Source: Acidobacteriota bacterium (lineage in GTDB: Bacteria; Acidobacteriota; UBA4820; DSQY01). Taken from it: a stretch of 64,000 bases of DNA. Under the pieces are notes generated by a model that was not told the origin of the DNA, ran no database searches, and saw only the letters and a list, made by a program, of their open reading frames with translations. A program made the translations under genes and the position numbers. The stretch lies in NCBI GenBank assembly GCA_037444825.1, contig JBBILR010000002.1, forward strand, positions 27,984 to 91,983, read 5' to 3'. Shown one piece after another: positions 16,921-25,752 of the stretch; within the stretch, counting starts at the first letter, position 1; every line of letters starts with the position of its first letter.

Positions 16921-18486
16921 TCACCTCCCCCGTTCGTAGGGGGCGAAGGCGACGGTGTTGGCGCGGTAGTCGAACCAGACGGCGAAGAGGTCCAGGATGT
17001 CCCTCCGGCCGAGGATCCCGTACAGAGGGAGGCCCCAGCCGCCGCCCAGGGGGGTCACCTGCACCGTCTGCATGTCGAAGCGGGCATTTCCCAGGAGGAG
17101 GACGACGTCGGTGGCCACGCCGCTGGTGAAGGCGCCGGAGAGCCCCGACCCCGTCTGGGCGCCGTAGCGGCCCGAGTTCACCCGGACCCCCGCTTCGGCG
17201 GCCCTTTCCGCCGCGATGAAGGTGGTGTAGGCGCCGGTGTCCACCATGAAGAAGCGCTCCGGCTTTCCCTGGAGGGTGGCGGCGACGAAGGGCCGGTCGT
17301 AGGGCCAGAGGGACTTGACGGTGAAGGCCTCCGGTCCCAGGGCCTCCTTCGGCGGGGTGCCGCTGGGGTGGAGGACCAGCTTGCTCCGCCGCCGGTCGTA
17401 GAGGAGACCGTGGTGCCGGAAGAGGGAGAGGGGCACGATGCCGCCCACCTCCTTGAAGAAGTCTTCCTTCTCGCTCAGGACCAGCGCGGGGACGTTGCGG
17501 AGGGTCAGGGGCCCGAAGGCGAGGCGGTCGAGGATCACCCAGTTGGACTTCTGGGCCCCGAGGTAGCCGAGGCCGAGGTAGGAGGCGGTGGCCACCGGCT
17601 GGAGGCCCAGCTCCTTGACCCACTTCGGGCTCAGAAGGAGGGTGTCGGAACCGGAATCGAGGAGCACGAGGCGGTCCTTGGTGCCGTTCACCGCCACCGG
17701 CGTCACCACGCGGGTGGAGGTGGTGACGCTGCCGGTCCCCGCGTCCCCGAAACCCCAGGTGAGGGCCGAGACGTCCCGGTACTCCGACTTCTCCTTGAGG
17801 GGAAGGGCGACGGGGTACGAAGCCTCCAGCTTCTCGTCGAAGAGCCGCCCCTTTCCCACGGCGCCGTAAAGGCGTTTCAGCCCCTCGTACTCGTCCTTTC
17901 CGGCGGGGTCGGCGGCCAGAAGCGCCTCGGCCCGCATGACCCCCTCCTCCCCCGTCTTCGCCAGGCCGAGGGCCAGCCGGAGGAGCTCCGGCGAGGGCTT
18001 CTCCGAAAGCGACAGGGTCCTTTCCAGGAGGGCCGACGCCTCCTCTTCCTTGCCCGACGCGCGCAGGGCGAAGACCGCCCGGGCGCAGGCCCGGTCCCGC
18101 CAGGAGGGGTTGGAGAGGAGGACCGTCCAGTTCTGCACCGCCTGGGGGACGAGGAGCATCTGGAAGGCCGCCTCGCCCGCGTAGTACCGCAGCTCCGGCC
18201 GGTCGGGAAAGCGCGAGGCCCAGGGGACGGCCATGCGGGCCGCCTCCTGGGGCCGGTTCAGGCCCAGGAGGGCCCGGATCTTCCCGGCGGCGTAGCCGGG
18301 GTTGTCCGGTTCGGCTTGGAGGCCCGCTTCGGCGGACTGCAACGCCTCCTCGTACTTTTCCCCCTCCAACAGGAGCCCGATTTCCTGGAGCCGTCCCGGC
18401 GGGAGGGTCCCCCCCGTCTGGGCCCAGGCGGGGAATGCCAAGATGAACGCCAGAAGGGCCTGAAGAAGCCGTGGTCGGAGCGCCAT
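16921..18486 (-). CDS. secreted TPR-repeat protein with two tandem retropepsin-like aspartic protease domains
   Basis: Signal peptide (MALRPRLLQALLAFILAFPAWAQ), a TPR-like helical N-half, then two clan-AA catalytic motifs preceded by hydrophobics: LVLLDSGSDTLLLS (DSG at 17650-17658) and FFMVDTGAYTTF (DTG at 17233-17241). Confidence 0.75.
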   Translation of the reverse strand: MALRPRLLQALLAFILAFPAWAQTGGTLPPGRLQEIGLLLEGEKYEEALQSAEAGLQAEPDNPGYAAGKIRALLGLNRPQEAARMAVPWASRFPDRPELRYYAGEAAFQMLLVPQAVQNWTVLLSNPSWRDRACARAVFALRASGKEEEASALLERTLSLSEKPSPELLRLALGLAKTGEEGVMRAEALLAADPAGKDEYEGLKRLYGAVGKGRLFDEKLEASYPVALPLKEKSEYRDVSALTWGFGDAGTGSVTTSTRVVTPVAVNGTKDRLVLLDSGSDTLLLSPKWVKELGLQPVATASYLGLGYLGAQKSNWVILDRLAFGPLTLRNVPALVLSEKEDFFKEVGGIVPLSLFRHHGLLYDRRRSKLVLHPSGTPPKEALGPEAFTVKSLWPYDRPFVAATLQGKPERFFMVDTGAYTTFIAAERAAEAGVRVNSGRYGAQTGSGLSGAFTSGVATDVVLLLGNARFDMQTVQVTPLGGGWGLPLYGILGRRDILDLFAVWFDYRANTVAFAPYERGR

Positions 18487-18614
18487 GCGTCCCCCTTTCC
18501 CCCGGTGGTTCACGGGTCGGGGTTCATTGTACACCAGAAACCGGCGGCCGTTGTGAGCCGAGGCCCCCGGGAAGGGTCTCCGGCTCGGCCTCGGGGTTGT
18601 TGTACCCTGAAAAC

Positions 18615-20951
18615 ATGGGCGAGAAGGCGAAGCGGTGGGTCTGGAGGGCGGCCGCCGGGGCGCTCCTGGCGGCGGCCGGGGCGGCCTACGTGCGGTGCGG
18701 CCCCCTCCCCCCGTCGCTCCTGGACCCCTCCCCCCGGCTTTCCACGGCGGTGCTCGACCGGAGGGGCCGCCCCCTCTACGAACGCCTCTCCGCGAAGGAG
18801 GCGCGGAGCGCCTGGCTGGATCCCGGGAGCGTCCCCCCCCTCGTGGAGGCGGCCACGCTGGCGGCGGAGGACCACCGCTTCCACCGCCACGCGGGTCTCG
18901 ACCCCTGGGCGCTCCTCCGGGCGGCCTGGAACGACCTCCGGGCCGGGCGGATTCGGGAGGGGGGCTCCACGCTCACCCAGCAGGCGGTGAAACAACTCAC
19001 CGGCCGCCCCCGAACGATGGCCGGAAAGGTGCGGGAGATGGTCCTGGCCCTTCGCCTGGAGCACCGCCTCGAAAAGCGGGAGATCCTCGCCCTTTACCTG
19101 AACGTGGCGCCTTACGGGAACCAGGCGGAGGGGATCGGAGAGGCGGCCCGGACCTACTTCGGCTGCCGCCCTTCCCACCTGACGCCCGCCCAGGCGGCCT
19201 TTCTGGCGGGTCTTCCCCAGCGCCCCTCGGCCTTCGACCCCTACCGCCGGCTCGGCGAAGCCCGCGCGCGCCAGCGGTGGGTCCTTCGCCGTATGCGCGC
19301 CCTCGGGTTCCTCGACGATGCGGCCTACCGGCGGGCCCTTTCGGAGCGGCTGGTCCTCCGGCGGCCCGACCGTCCCTTCCAGGCGCCCCACTTCGTCCAG
19401 CGGGTCCTGGAGGCGTGCCCGCCGGGCACGAGGGAGGTTCGAACGACCCTGGACCTGGACCTCCAGCGGAAGGTCCTTCAAATCCTTCAGGCGGGGCGGA
19501 TGGCGCGGGAGGCCCACGGCGCCTTCGCCGCCGCCGTGGTGGTGGTCCACAACCCTACGGGGGAGATCCTGGCGTACGAGGGGTCGGGGGACTACTTCGA
19601 CGCCGCCCACTCGGGGGCCATGGACGGGGCCCGGACCCCCCGCCAGCCGGGGTCGGCCCTCAAGCCCTTCACCTACGCCCTGGCCTTCGACGGCGGGTAC
19701 ACCCCCGCGTCGGTCCTCCCCGACCTCCCCCAGCACTTCCCCACCGCCGAGGAGGGGGTGGTCTACAGCCCCCGGAACTACGACGGGCGCTTCCGGGGGC
19801 CTCTGCGGGCCCGGGAGGCGCTGGGGGGATCCGAGAACGTTCCGGCGGTGGTCCTCCTCTCGCGGCTGGGGGCGGGACGTCTCCTCTCCCTCCTTCGGGA
19901 GCTGGGGCTCACGACGCTGGACCGGTCGGCTTCCTACTACGGCTTCGGCCTCACCCTGGGGGACGCCGAGGTCCGCCTCGACGAGCTGTGCGGCGCCTAC
20001 GCCGCCTTGGCGCGGGGAGGCCTCCACCTTCCCCTCGTGGACACGCTGAAGCGGGAGGGGGGGGAGGAAGCCGGCGGGCAGCCCCCTTCGCCTTCCCCGC
20101 CCCGCCGCCTTTTCTCTCTCCTGGCCGCCTACTGGACGGCCCACATCCTCGCCGACCCCGAAGCCCGGGCCTGGGCCTTCGGCCGCGGGGGAAGCCTCGA
20201 CTTCCCCTTCCCGGTCTGCGCCAAGACCGGAACCTCTGAGGCCTACCGGGACAACTGGTGCCTGGGCTTCACGCGGGAGGTCACGGTGGGGGTCTGGGTG
20301 GGCAACTTCGACCGCACGCCGCTGAAAGGGGCCTCGGGGGTCACCGGAGCCGGCCCCCTCTTCCACGAGGTCCTGCTGGAGGCCGAGCGCCACGTCCGGG
20401 GGGGACTGCCCGGCCCCCTGGACCCCTTCCCGGTGGACCCGCCGGAGGGGCTGGCCCCGGTGGAGGTGTGCGCCCTCTCGGGGGGGGCGGCGGGCCCCTC
20501 CTGCCCCTCCCGCCTTTCCGAGTCCTTTCCTCGGGAGCGGGTCCCGAAGCCCTGCGACTGGCACCTTCCGTCGGGCCGGGTGGCTTGGCCGGCGGAGTAC
20601 CGGGCCTGGGCCCGGCGGACCGGGCGCCTCGCGGAGGAGGAGCCCCGGCTGGCCCTCCCCGCCTCCCGCCCGCCCTCGGGGAAACCGGGAGGGCCCCTTC
20701 ACCTGGAGAACCCCCCCGACGGGGCCGTCTACCTCCTGGACCCCACCCTGCCGCCGGCCTTTCAGACCCTGCCCCTCAGGGCCTCCGTCCGGGGAGCGCC
20801 CCGGCGGCTCCTGTGGACGGTGGACGGCGAGGAAGTGGGGCGGTGCTCCTCGGAGGCGGGCCTGGAGTGGCCTCTGCGCCGCGGTGAACACACCGTGGAG
20901 GTGCGGGACGACCGCGGAGCCTCCGCCCGCGCCCGCATCCGGGTGAAGTGA
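18615..20951 (+). CDS. pbpC: penicillin-binding protein 1C (transglycosylase + transpeptidase)
   Basis: N-terminal TM anchor. GT51 motifs EDHRFHRHAGLD and GGSTLTQQ. Transpeptidase motifs SALKP, SxN-like and KTGT. The C-terminal PbpC-specific domain is present. Start taken at the internal ATG (MGEKAKRWVW) rather than the ORF-track GTG at 18471. Confidence 0.88.
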   Translation: MGEKAKRWVWRAAAGALLAAAGAAYVRCGPLPPSLLDPSPRLSTAVLDRRGRPLYERLSAKEARSAWLDPGSVPPLVEAATLAAEDHRFHRHAGLDPWALLRAAWNDLRAGRIREGGSTLTQQAVKQLTGRPRTMAGKVREMVLALRLEHRLEKREILALYLNVAPYGNQAEGIGEAARTYFGCRPSHLTPAQAAFLAGLPQRPSAFDPYRRLGEARARQRWVLRRMRALGFLDDAAYRRALSERLVLRRPDRPFQAPHFVQRVLEACPPGTREVRTTLDLDLQRKVLQILQAGRMAREAHGAFAAAVVVVHNPTGEILAYEGSGDYFDAAHSGAMDGARTPRQPGSALKPFTYALAFDGGYTPASVLPDLPQHFPTAEEGVVYSPRNYDGRFRGPLRAREALGGSENVPAVVLLSRLGAGRLLSLLRELGLTTLDRSASYYGFGLTLGDAEVRLDELCGAYAALARGGLHLPLVDTLKREGGEEAGGQPPSPSPPRRLFSLLAAYWTAHILADPEARAWAFGRGGSLDFPFPVCAKTGTSEAYRDNWCLGFTREVTVGVWVGNFDRTPLKGASGVTGAGPLFHEVLLEAERHVRGGLPGPLDPFPVDPPEGLAPVEVCALSGGAAGPSCPSRLSESFPRERVPKPCDWHLPSGRVAWPAEYRAWARRTGRLAEEEPRLALPASRPPSGKPGGPLHLENPPDGAVYLLDPTLPPAFQTLPLRASVRGAPRRLLWTVDGEEVGRCSSEAGLEWPLRRGEHTVEVRDDRGASARARIRVK

Positions 20952-21145
20952 CCGCCGGCGTGCCTCTCCGGCCACGCCCCTCGCTCCTTCGCGCTTCCGG
21001 GAAAGGGTCCGTCCTGGCGGGAAAGGAAACTCGCCTCAGGCCTCTCCGGGTTCGCCCAACTTCGTTCCGCCGGTCTTTCGTGCGGTAGAATGGTCGCCCG
21101 CCCCGGCGCGGGTGCCGCCGGGGCCATGGAGCGGAGGAGGCTTTC

Positions 21146-21628
21146 GTGAACGCCGTCGCCGTGTACCCCGGGTCCTTCGACCCGGTCACCAACGGCCACG
21201 TGGACCTGGTGTTGCGAGGGGCCGGCATCTTCCGGAAGGTCGTCGTGGCCGTCCTCCGGAACACGCAGAAGCAGTCGCTCTTCTCCGTGGAGGAGCGGGT
21301 GGCCCTCCTCCGGGAGAGCCTCGCGGGGATGGAGCGGGTGGAGGTGGACGCCTTCGACGGGCTGCTGGTGGACTACGCCCGGTCCAAGGGGGCCCGCCAC
21401 ATCCTTCGGGGGATCCGGGCCGTCTCGGACTTCGAGTACGAGTTCCAGATGGCCCTCATGAACCGGAGGCTGGCCCCCGACGTGGAGACGGTCTTCCTCA
21501 TGCCGAGGGAGGAGTACACCTACCTCTCCTCCCGGCTGGTGCGGGAGGTGGCGCTCCTGGGCGGGCCCCTGGAAGGGCTGGTGCCGCCGCCGGTCCTGGC
21601 GATGCTGGAGAAGAGGTTCCCCCGATGA
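21146..21628 (+). CDS. coaD: phosphopantetheine adenylyltransferase
   Basis: 160 aa; AVYPGSFDPVTNGHVD nucleotidyltransferase motif. GTG start with a GGAGGAGG RBS. Confidence 0.9.
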   Translation: MNAVAVYPGSFDPVTNGHVDLVLRGAGIFRKVVVAVLRNTQKQSLFSVEERVALLRESLAGMERVEVDAFDGLLVDYARSKGARHILRGIRAVSDFEYEFQMALMNRRLAPDVETVFLMPREEYTYLSSRLVREVALLGGPLEGLVPPPVLAMLEKRFPR

Positions 21629-22806
21629 AGACGTCGGAACGGCTGAAACACGTCCACTCCTCCCGGCTGCTGGAGCTCATCGCCAAGGGGCAGGAGCTGC
21701 GGAAACGGGGCGTGGACCTGGTGGACCTGGGCCCCGGCCAGCCGGACTTCCCCGTGCCGGAGCCCATTTTGGAGGCGACGGCGAAGGCGCTCCGGGACGG
21801 CTACACCTTCTACAGCCCGGTGATGGGGCTCCCGGAACTGAGGGAGGCCGTGGCCGCGCGGTACAACCGGCTCTACGGCGGAAGGTACACCGCCGAAAAC
21901 GTCATGATCACCGCCGGCGCCAAGGGGGCCCTCTACCACCTGCTGGGGGCCCTTCTCGACCCCGGCGACGAGGTGGTCATCCCGGCCCCCTACTACGTCT
22001 CCACGCCGGAGATCGTCAAGCTGTGGGGCGGGGAGCCGCGCTTCGTGCCCTGCCGGCGGGAGGACGGATTTCTGCCCCGCTTCGAGGCCCTGGCCGAGGC
22101 CGTGGGGCCGAGGACCCGGGCCCTGGTGCTCAACTCCCCCTGCAACCCCACGGGGGCGGTGGTGCCCCGGGAGCTGCTCGCCCGGATCGTCCGCTTCGCC
22201 CAGGAGCGGGGGCTCTTCGTCCTCCTGGACGAGTGCTACGACCGGTACGTCTACGTGCCGGACCTCTACGCCACCGCCGCCCACCTGGACCCCGAGGGGC
22301 GCCTGCCGGTCCTCTGCGCCGGCTCCTTCTCCAAGACCTTTTCCATGACGGGCTACCGGCTGGGGTGGGCGCTGGGGCCCAAGGCGGTGGTGGCCGCCGC
22401 GGGAAAGATTCAGGCCCACTCCATGAACGGCCCCACCACCTTCGCCCAGGTGGGGGGGATGGAGGCCCTCCGTCTGGAGGAGGAGCTCTTCGCGCCGGTC
22501 CTTCGGGAGTACGCCCGGAGGCGGGAGGCGCTGGTGGCGGGCCTTTCCCGGATCCGCGGGGTGGCGGCCGAGGCGCCGCCGGGTTCGTTCTACGTCTTCC
22601 CGGAGGTGGGGGGGCTCCTCCAGCGCCTCCGCCTGCCCGGCTCCGACGCCCTGGCGGAGCTTCTCCTCGACAAGGCGGGGGTCATGGCCGTCCCCGGCGC
22701 CGCGTTGGGACTCGAAGGGTTTTTGCGGGTCTCCTTCGCCGTACCGGTGGAGAAGATCGAAGAGGCCGCGGAGCGGATCGCCCGTTGGGTGGAGGAGGCC
22801 TCCTGA
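21625..22806 (+). CDS. class-I/II pyridoxal-phosphate aminotransferase (aspartate aminotransferase family)
   Basis: 394 aa. NSPCNPTG and the PLP-lysine context SFSKTFSMTGYRLGW. ATGA overlap with coaD. Confidence 0.85.
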   Translation: MKTSERLKHVHSSRLLELIAKGQELRKRGVDLVDLGPGQPDFPVPEPILEATAKALRDGYTFYSPVMGLPELREAVAARYNRLYGGRYTAENVMITAGAKGALYHLLGALLDPGDEVVIPAPYYVSTPEIVKLWGGEPRFVPCRREDGFLPRFEALAEAVGPRTRALVLNSPCNPTGAVVPRELLARIVRFAQERGLFVLLDECYDRYVYVPDLYATAAHLDPEGRLPVLCAGSFSKTFSMTGYRLGWALGPKAVVAAAGKIQAHSMNGPTTFAQVGGMEALRLEEELFAPVLREYARRREALVAGLSRIRGVAAEAPPGSFYVFPEVGGLLQRLRLPGSDALAELLLDKAGVMAVPGAALGLEGFLRVSFAVPVEKIEEAAERIARWVEEAS

Positions 22807-22816
22807 ATCTCGAGCG

Positions 22817-23917
<1,101 letters not shown>

Positions 23918-23938
23918 GGGCACCTCCGAGAGGGAGGG

Positions 23939-23944
23939 ATTATA
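23939..23944 (-). promoter_or_regulatory. perfect -10 hexamer TATAAT for the DHS-like gene (no good -35)
   Basis: Minus strand reads GGC TATAAT CCCTCCCTCTCGGAGGTGCCC ATG; the hexamer sits ~22 nt upstream of the start codon. Confidence 0.35.
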
Positions 23945-23988
23945 GCCCTGGCGGAAGGGAGAGGCCACCGGAAGGGGCGTGGGGCCGC

Positions 23989-24014
23989 AAAAAAGGCTCC
24001 CCGTACGGGGAGCC
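23989..24014 (-). terminator. probable intrinsic terminator downstream of erpA (hairpin + U6 on the minus strand)
   Basis: GGCTCCCC-GTAC-GGGGAGCC perfect 8-bp stem (23995-24014), followed on the minus strand by TTTTTT (complement of AAAAAA at 23989-23994). Confidence 0.45.
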
Positions 24015-24079
24015 GAGCAGAGGAGGGGGATCCTCATGGGAACGGGTCTTGCGCCCCCGCCTCCCCCGGAGGGGAGGGT

Positions 24080-24105
24080 GCTCCCCGGCCTTTCGGCCGG
24101 GGAGC
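24080..24105. repeat. second strong hairpin sharing the same core: GCTCCCCGGCC-TTTC-GGCCGGGGAGC (11-bp stem), flanked by direct repeats GAGGAGGGGGATCCTCaTGGGAA (24031-24052 and 24111-24134)
   Basis: Seen directly in the sequence. Both hairpins have the core GCTCCCCG...CGGGGAGC; the direct repeats contain GGATCC twice. Confidence 0.5.
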
Positions 24106-24222
24106 GTTGAGAGGAGGGGGGATCCTCTTGGGAAAGCTCGCCTGGGGCCTTTCAGCCTCCTCGCCGTTTCACCGGCGTTCTACGCTCCCAAGCTACGCAA
24201 GGAGCGTGCCAATCACGGGTCC

Positions 24223-24546
24223 TCAGGCCTCGAAGGAGTGGCCGCAACCGCAGGAGGCGTGGGCGTTGGGGTTCTGGAAGACGAAGCCCGAACCCCGCAG
24301 GTCGTTCACGTAGTCCACCACGGTGCCCTTCAGGTACAGAAAAGAGTTCCTGTCCACGTAGACCGGGAGGTCGCCGAAACGGAAGACTTCGTCGTTCTCG
24401 GAGGCCTTGTCGGCGAGGGAGAGGTCGTACTGGAAGCCGCTGCACCCGCCGCCCACCACGGCGATCCGGAGACCGGCGTCCTCGCGGCCCTCCGCCTTGC
24501 GAAAGCTCTTTACCGCCTCCACGGCCTGGTCGGTCAACTGAATCAT
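24223..24546 (-). CDS. erpA: iron-sulfur cluster insertion protein (A-type carrier, HesB/IscA/ErpA family)
   Basis: 107 aa from MIQLTDQAVEAVK, ending with the conserved C-terminal CGCGxSF. Central GGGCSGFQY. GGAGGAAAG RBS. Confidence 0.88.
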   Translation of the reverse strand: MIQLTDQAVEAVKSFRKAEGREDAGLRIAVVGGGCSGFQYDLSLADKASENDEVFRFGDLPVYVDRNSFLYLKGTVVDYVNDLRGSGFVFQNPNAHASCGCGHSFEA

Positions 24547-24796
24547 GGCTTTCCTCCGTGCCGGCAGAAGGTCCGGCACCCGGGGGGTTTGCAAGGGGTA
24601 TGCCAGGAACACCGGACCGGGCGGGGGCTCCCCGGCGGCGGGATTTCTCCCGGAGGCCCCTTTCCGGCGGAGGCCTCCCGGTTCCACCGGCGGACCTGGA
24701 TGTTTCAAAATGGGCGGGGTGTTGCAGTAACGCAACGCGAGTCGGCGCCGCGGGTCTCCGCTTGTGGTACAACCTCATCCCGAAAGGAGACGGCCC

Positions 24797-25366
24797 ATGG
24801 GACGACGTTTCGATCCCCGCAAGGCGGCCCGGCTGGAGAGCGAGGAGCGCCGCCGCCGCCTGCCTCCGAAGGAAATCCTCGCGAAATTCGGTTTGCGCCC
24901 GGGAATGGTCCTGGCCGACGTGGGGGCCGGCTCGGGGTACTTCGCCCTCCCGGCGGCCGAGGTGGTGGGCCCCTCCGGTAAGGTCTTCGCCCTGGACGTA
25001 TCGGAGGAGATGCTGGGCCTCCTGCGGGCCAAGAACCCTCCTCCCCAGGTGGAGGTCCTGACCTGCGGCGAGGCGCGCCTTCCCCTGGACAACGGGGCGG
25101 CCGATCTCGTCCTGGCGGCCTTCGTCCTGCACGAGGCCCGGGACCCCGAGGCCTTCCTCCGGGAGCTCCACCGCGTGACGCGTCCCGGCGGGCGTGCGGC
25201 CCTGCTGGATTGGCTTCCCCTCCACGAGGAGGAGGGACCTCCCCTGGAGGAGCGCATCGCCCCGGCGGAGGCCGGAAGGCTCCTCCGGAGCGCCGGTTTT
25301 CAGCCCCTCGGGGAGGAGACCTATGGGGGAAGCTTTTTTCTTCTGTCAGGCCTCAAGGCCGAGTGA
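24797..25366 (+). CDS. class-I SAM-dependent methyltransferase
   Basis: Motif I VLADVGAGSGYFAL and an acidic post-I region (FALDVSEEM). 189 aa from the ATG at 24797; a GTG at 24764 is possible. Confidence 0.75.
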   Translation: MGRRFDPRKAARLESEERRRRLPPKEILAKFGLRPGMVLADVGAGSGYFALPAAEVVGPSGKVFALDVSEEMLGLLRAKNPPPQVEVLTCGEARLPLDNGAADLVLAAFVLHEARDPEAFLRELHRVTRPGGRAALLDWLPLHEEEGPPLEERIAPAEAGRLLRSAGFQPLGEETYGGSFFLLSGLKAE

Positions 25367-25699
25367 CTCCGGCTGGAGCCGGAAGGCCGCCGCCAGGGAA
25401 AGGACGAAGGTCACGAAGAGAAAGTGGGCGTGGCGGACGAAGCGGAGGAAGGGGCGGGGGCCCCGCGGGGAGGCGGTCCAGAGGAGGAGGCCGCCCGAGA
25501 GAAGGCCCAGGACGGCGGTGGCGGGAAGGAGGGAGGGCATCAGGGCCCGGTCCCGCTGGACGAAGGCCATCAGAACCCCCCCGGCCGCCGCCAGGCCCAG
25601 GGCGTACAGGAGGTGAACGGCCGCCAGGAGGTGCCTCGGCGCCGGTTGTCGGTGGGGACCTTGTTCGTCCAGGGCCCGCAGAAGGTGCCTGTGCCACAT
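25346..25699 (-). CDS. small hypothetical membrane protein (about 3 TM segments)
   Basis: Only non-biased ORF in an otherwise 390-bp gap. Hydrophobic stretches LLAAVHLLYALGLAAAGGVLMAF, LLPATAVLGLLSGGLLLW and FLFVTFVLSLAAAF. Overlaps the methyltransferase stop by 21 nt. Confidence 0.35.
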   Translation of the reverse strand: MWHRHLLRALDEQGPHRQPAPRHLLAAVHLLYALGLAAAGGVLMAFVQRDRALMPSLLPATAVLGLLSGGLLLWTASPRGPRPFLRFVRHAHFLFVTFVLSLAAAFRLQPESLGLEA

Positions 25700-25752
25700 G
25701 CCGCCATCCTACGGGAAGGGCGGTTTGAAGAGAAGGCCGGGTTCCGGTCCCC

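Noticed and set aside
18471-18614. 48-codon GTG extension of pbpC overlapping the divergent protease gene start
   Set aside because: The internal ATG precedes the TM anchor typical of PBP1C. The extension would overlap the protease gene's promoter and 5' end.
18510-20975. 821-aa minus ORF and 534-aa plus ORF (18635-20239) over pbpC
   Set aside because: Antisense or alternate-frame junk; pbpC in frame 18615-20951 carries all the PBP motifs.
23918-24037. 40-codon extension of the DHS-like gene (MRIPLL...)
   Set aside because: It would read through two hairpins and the TATAAT box. The ATG at 23917 has a GGAGG RBS.
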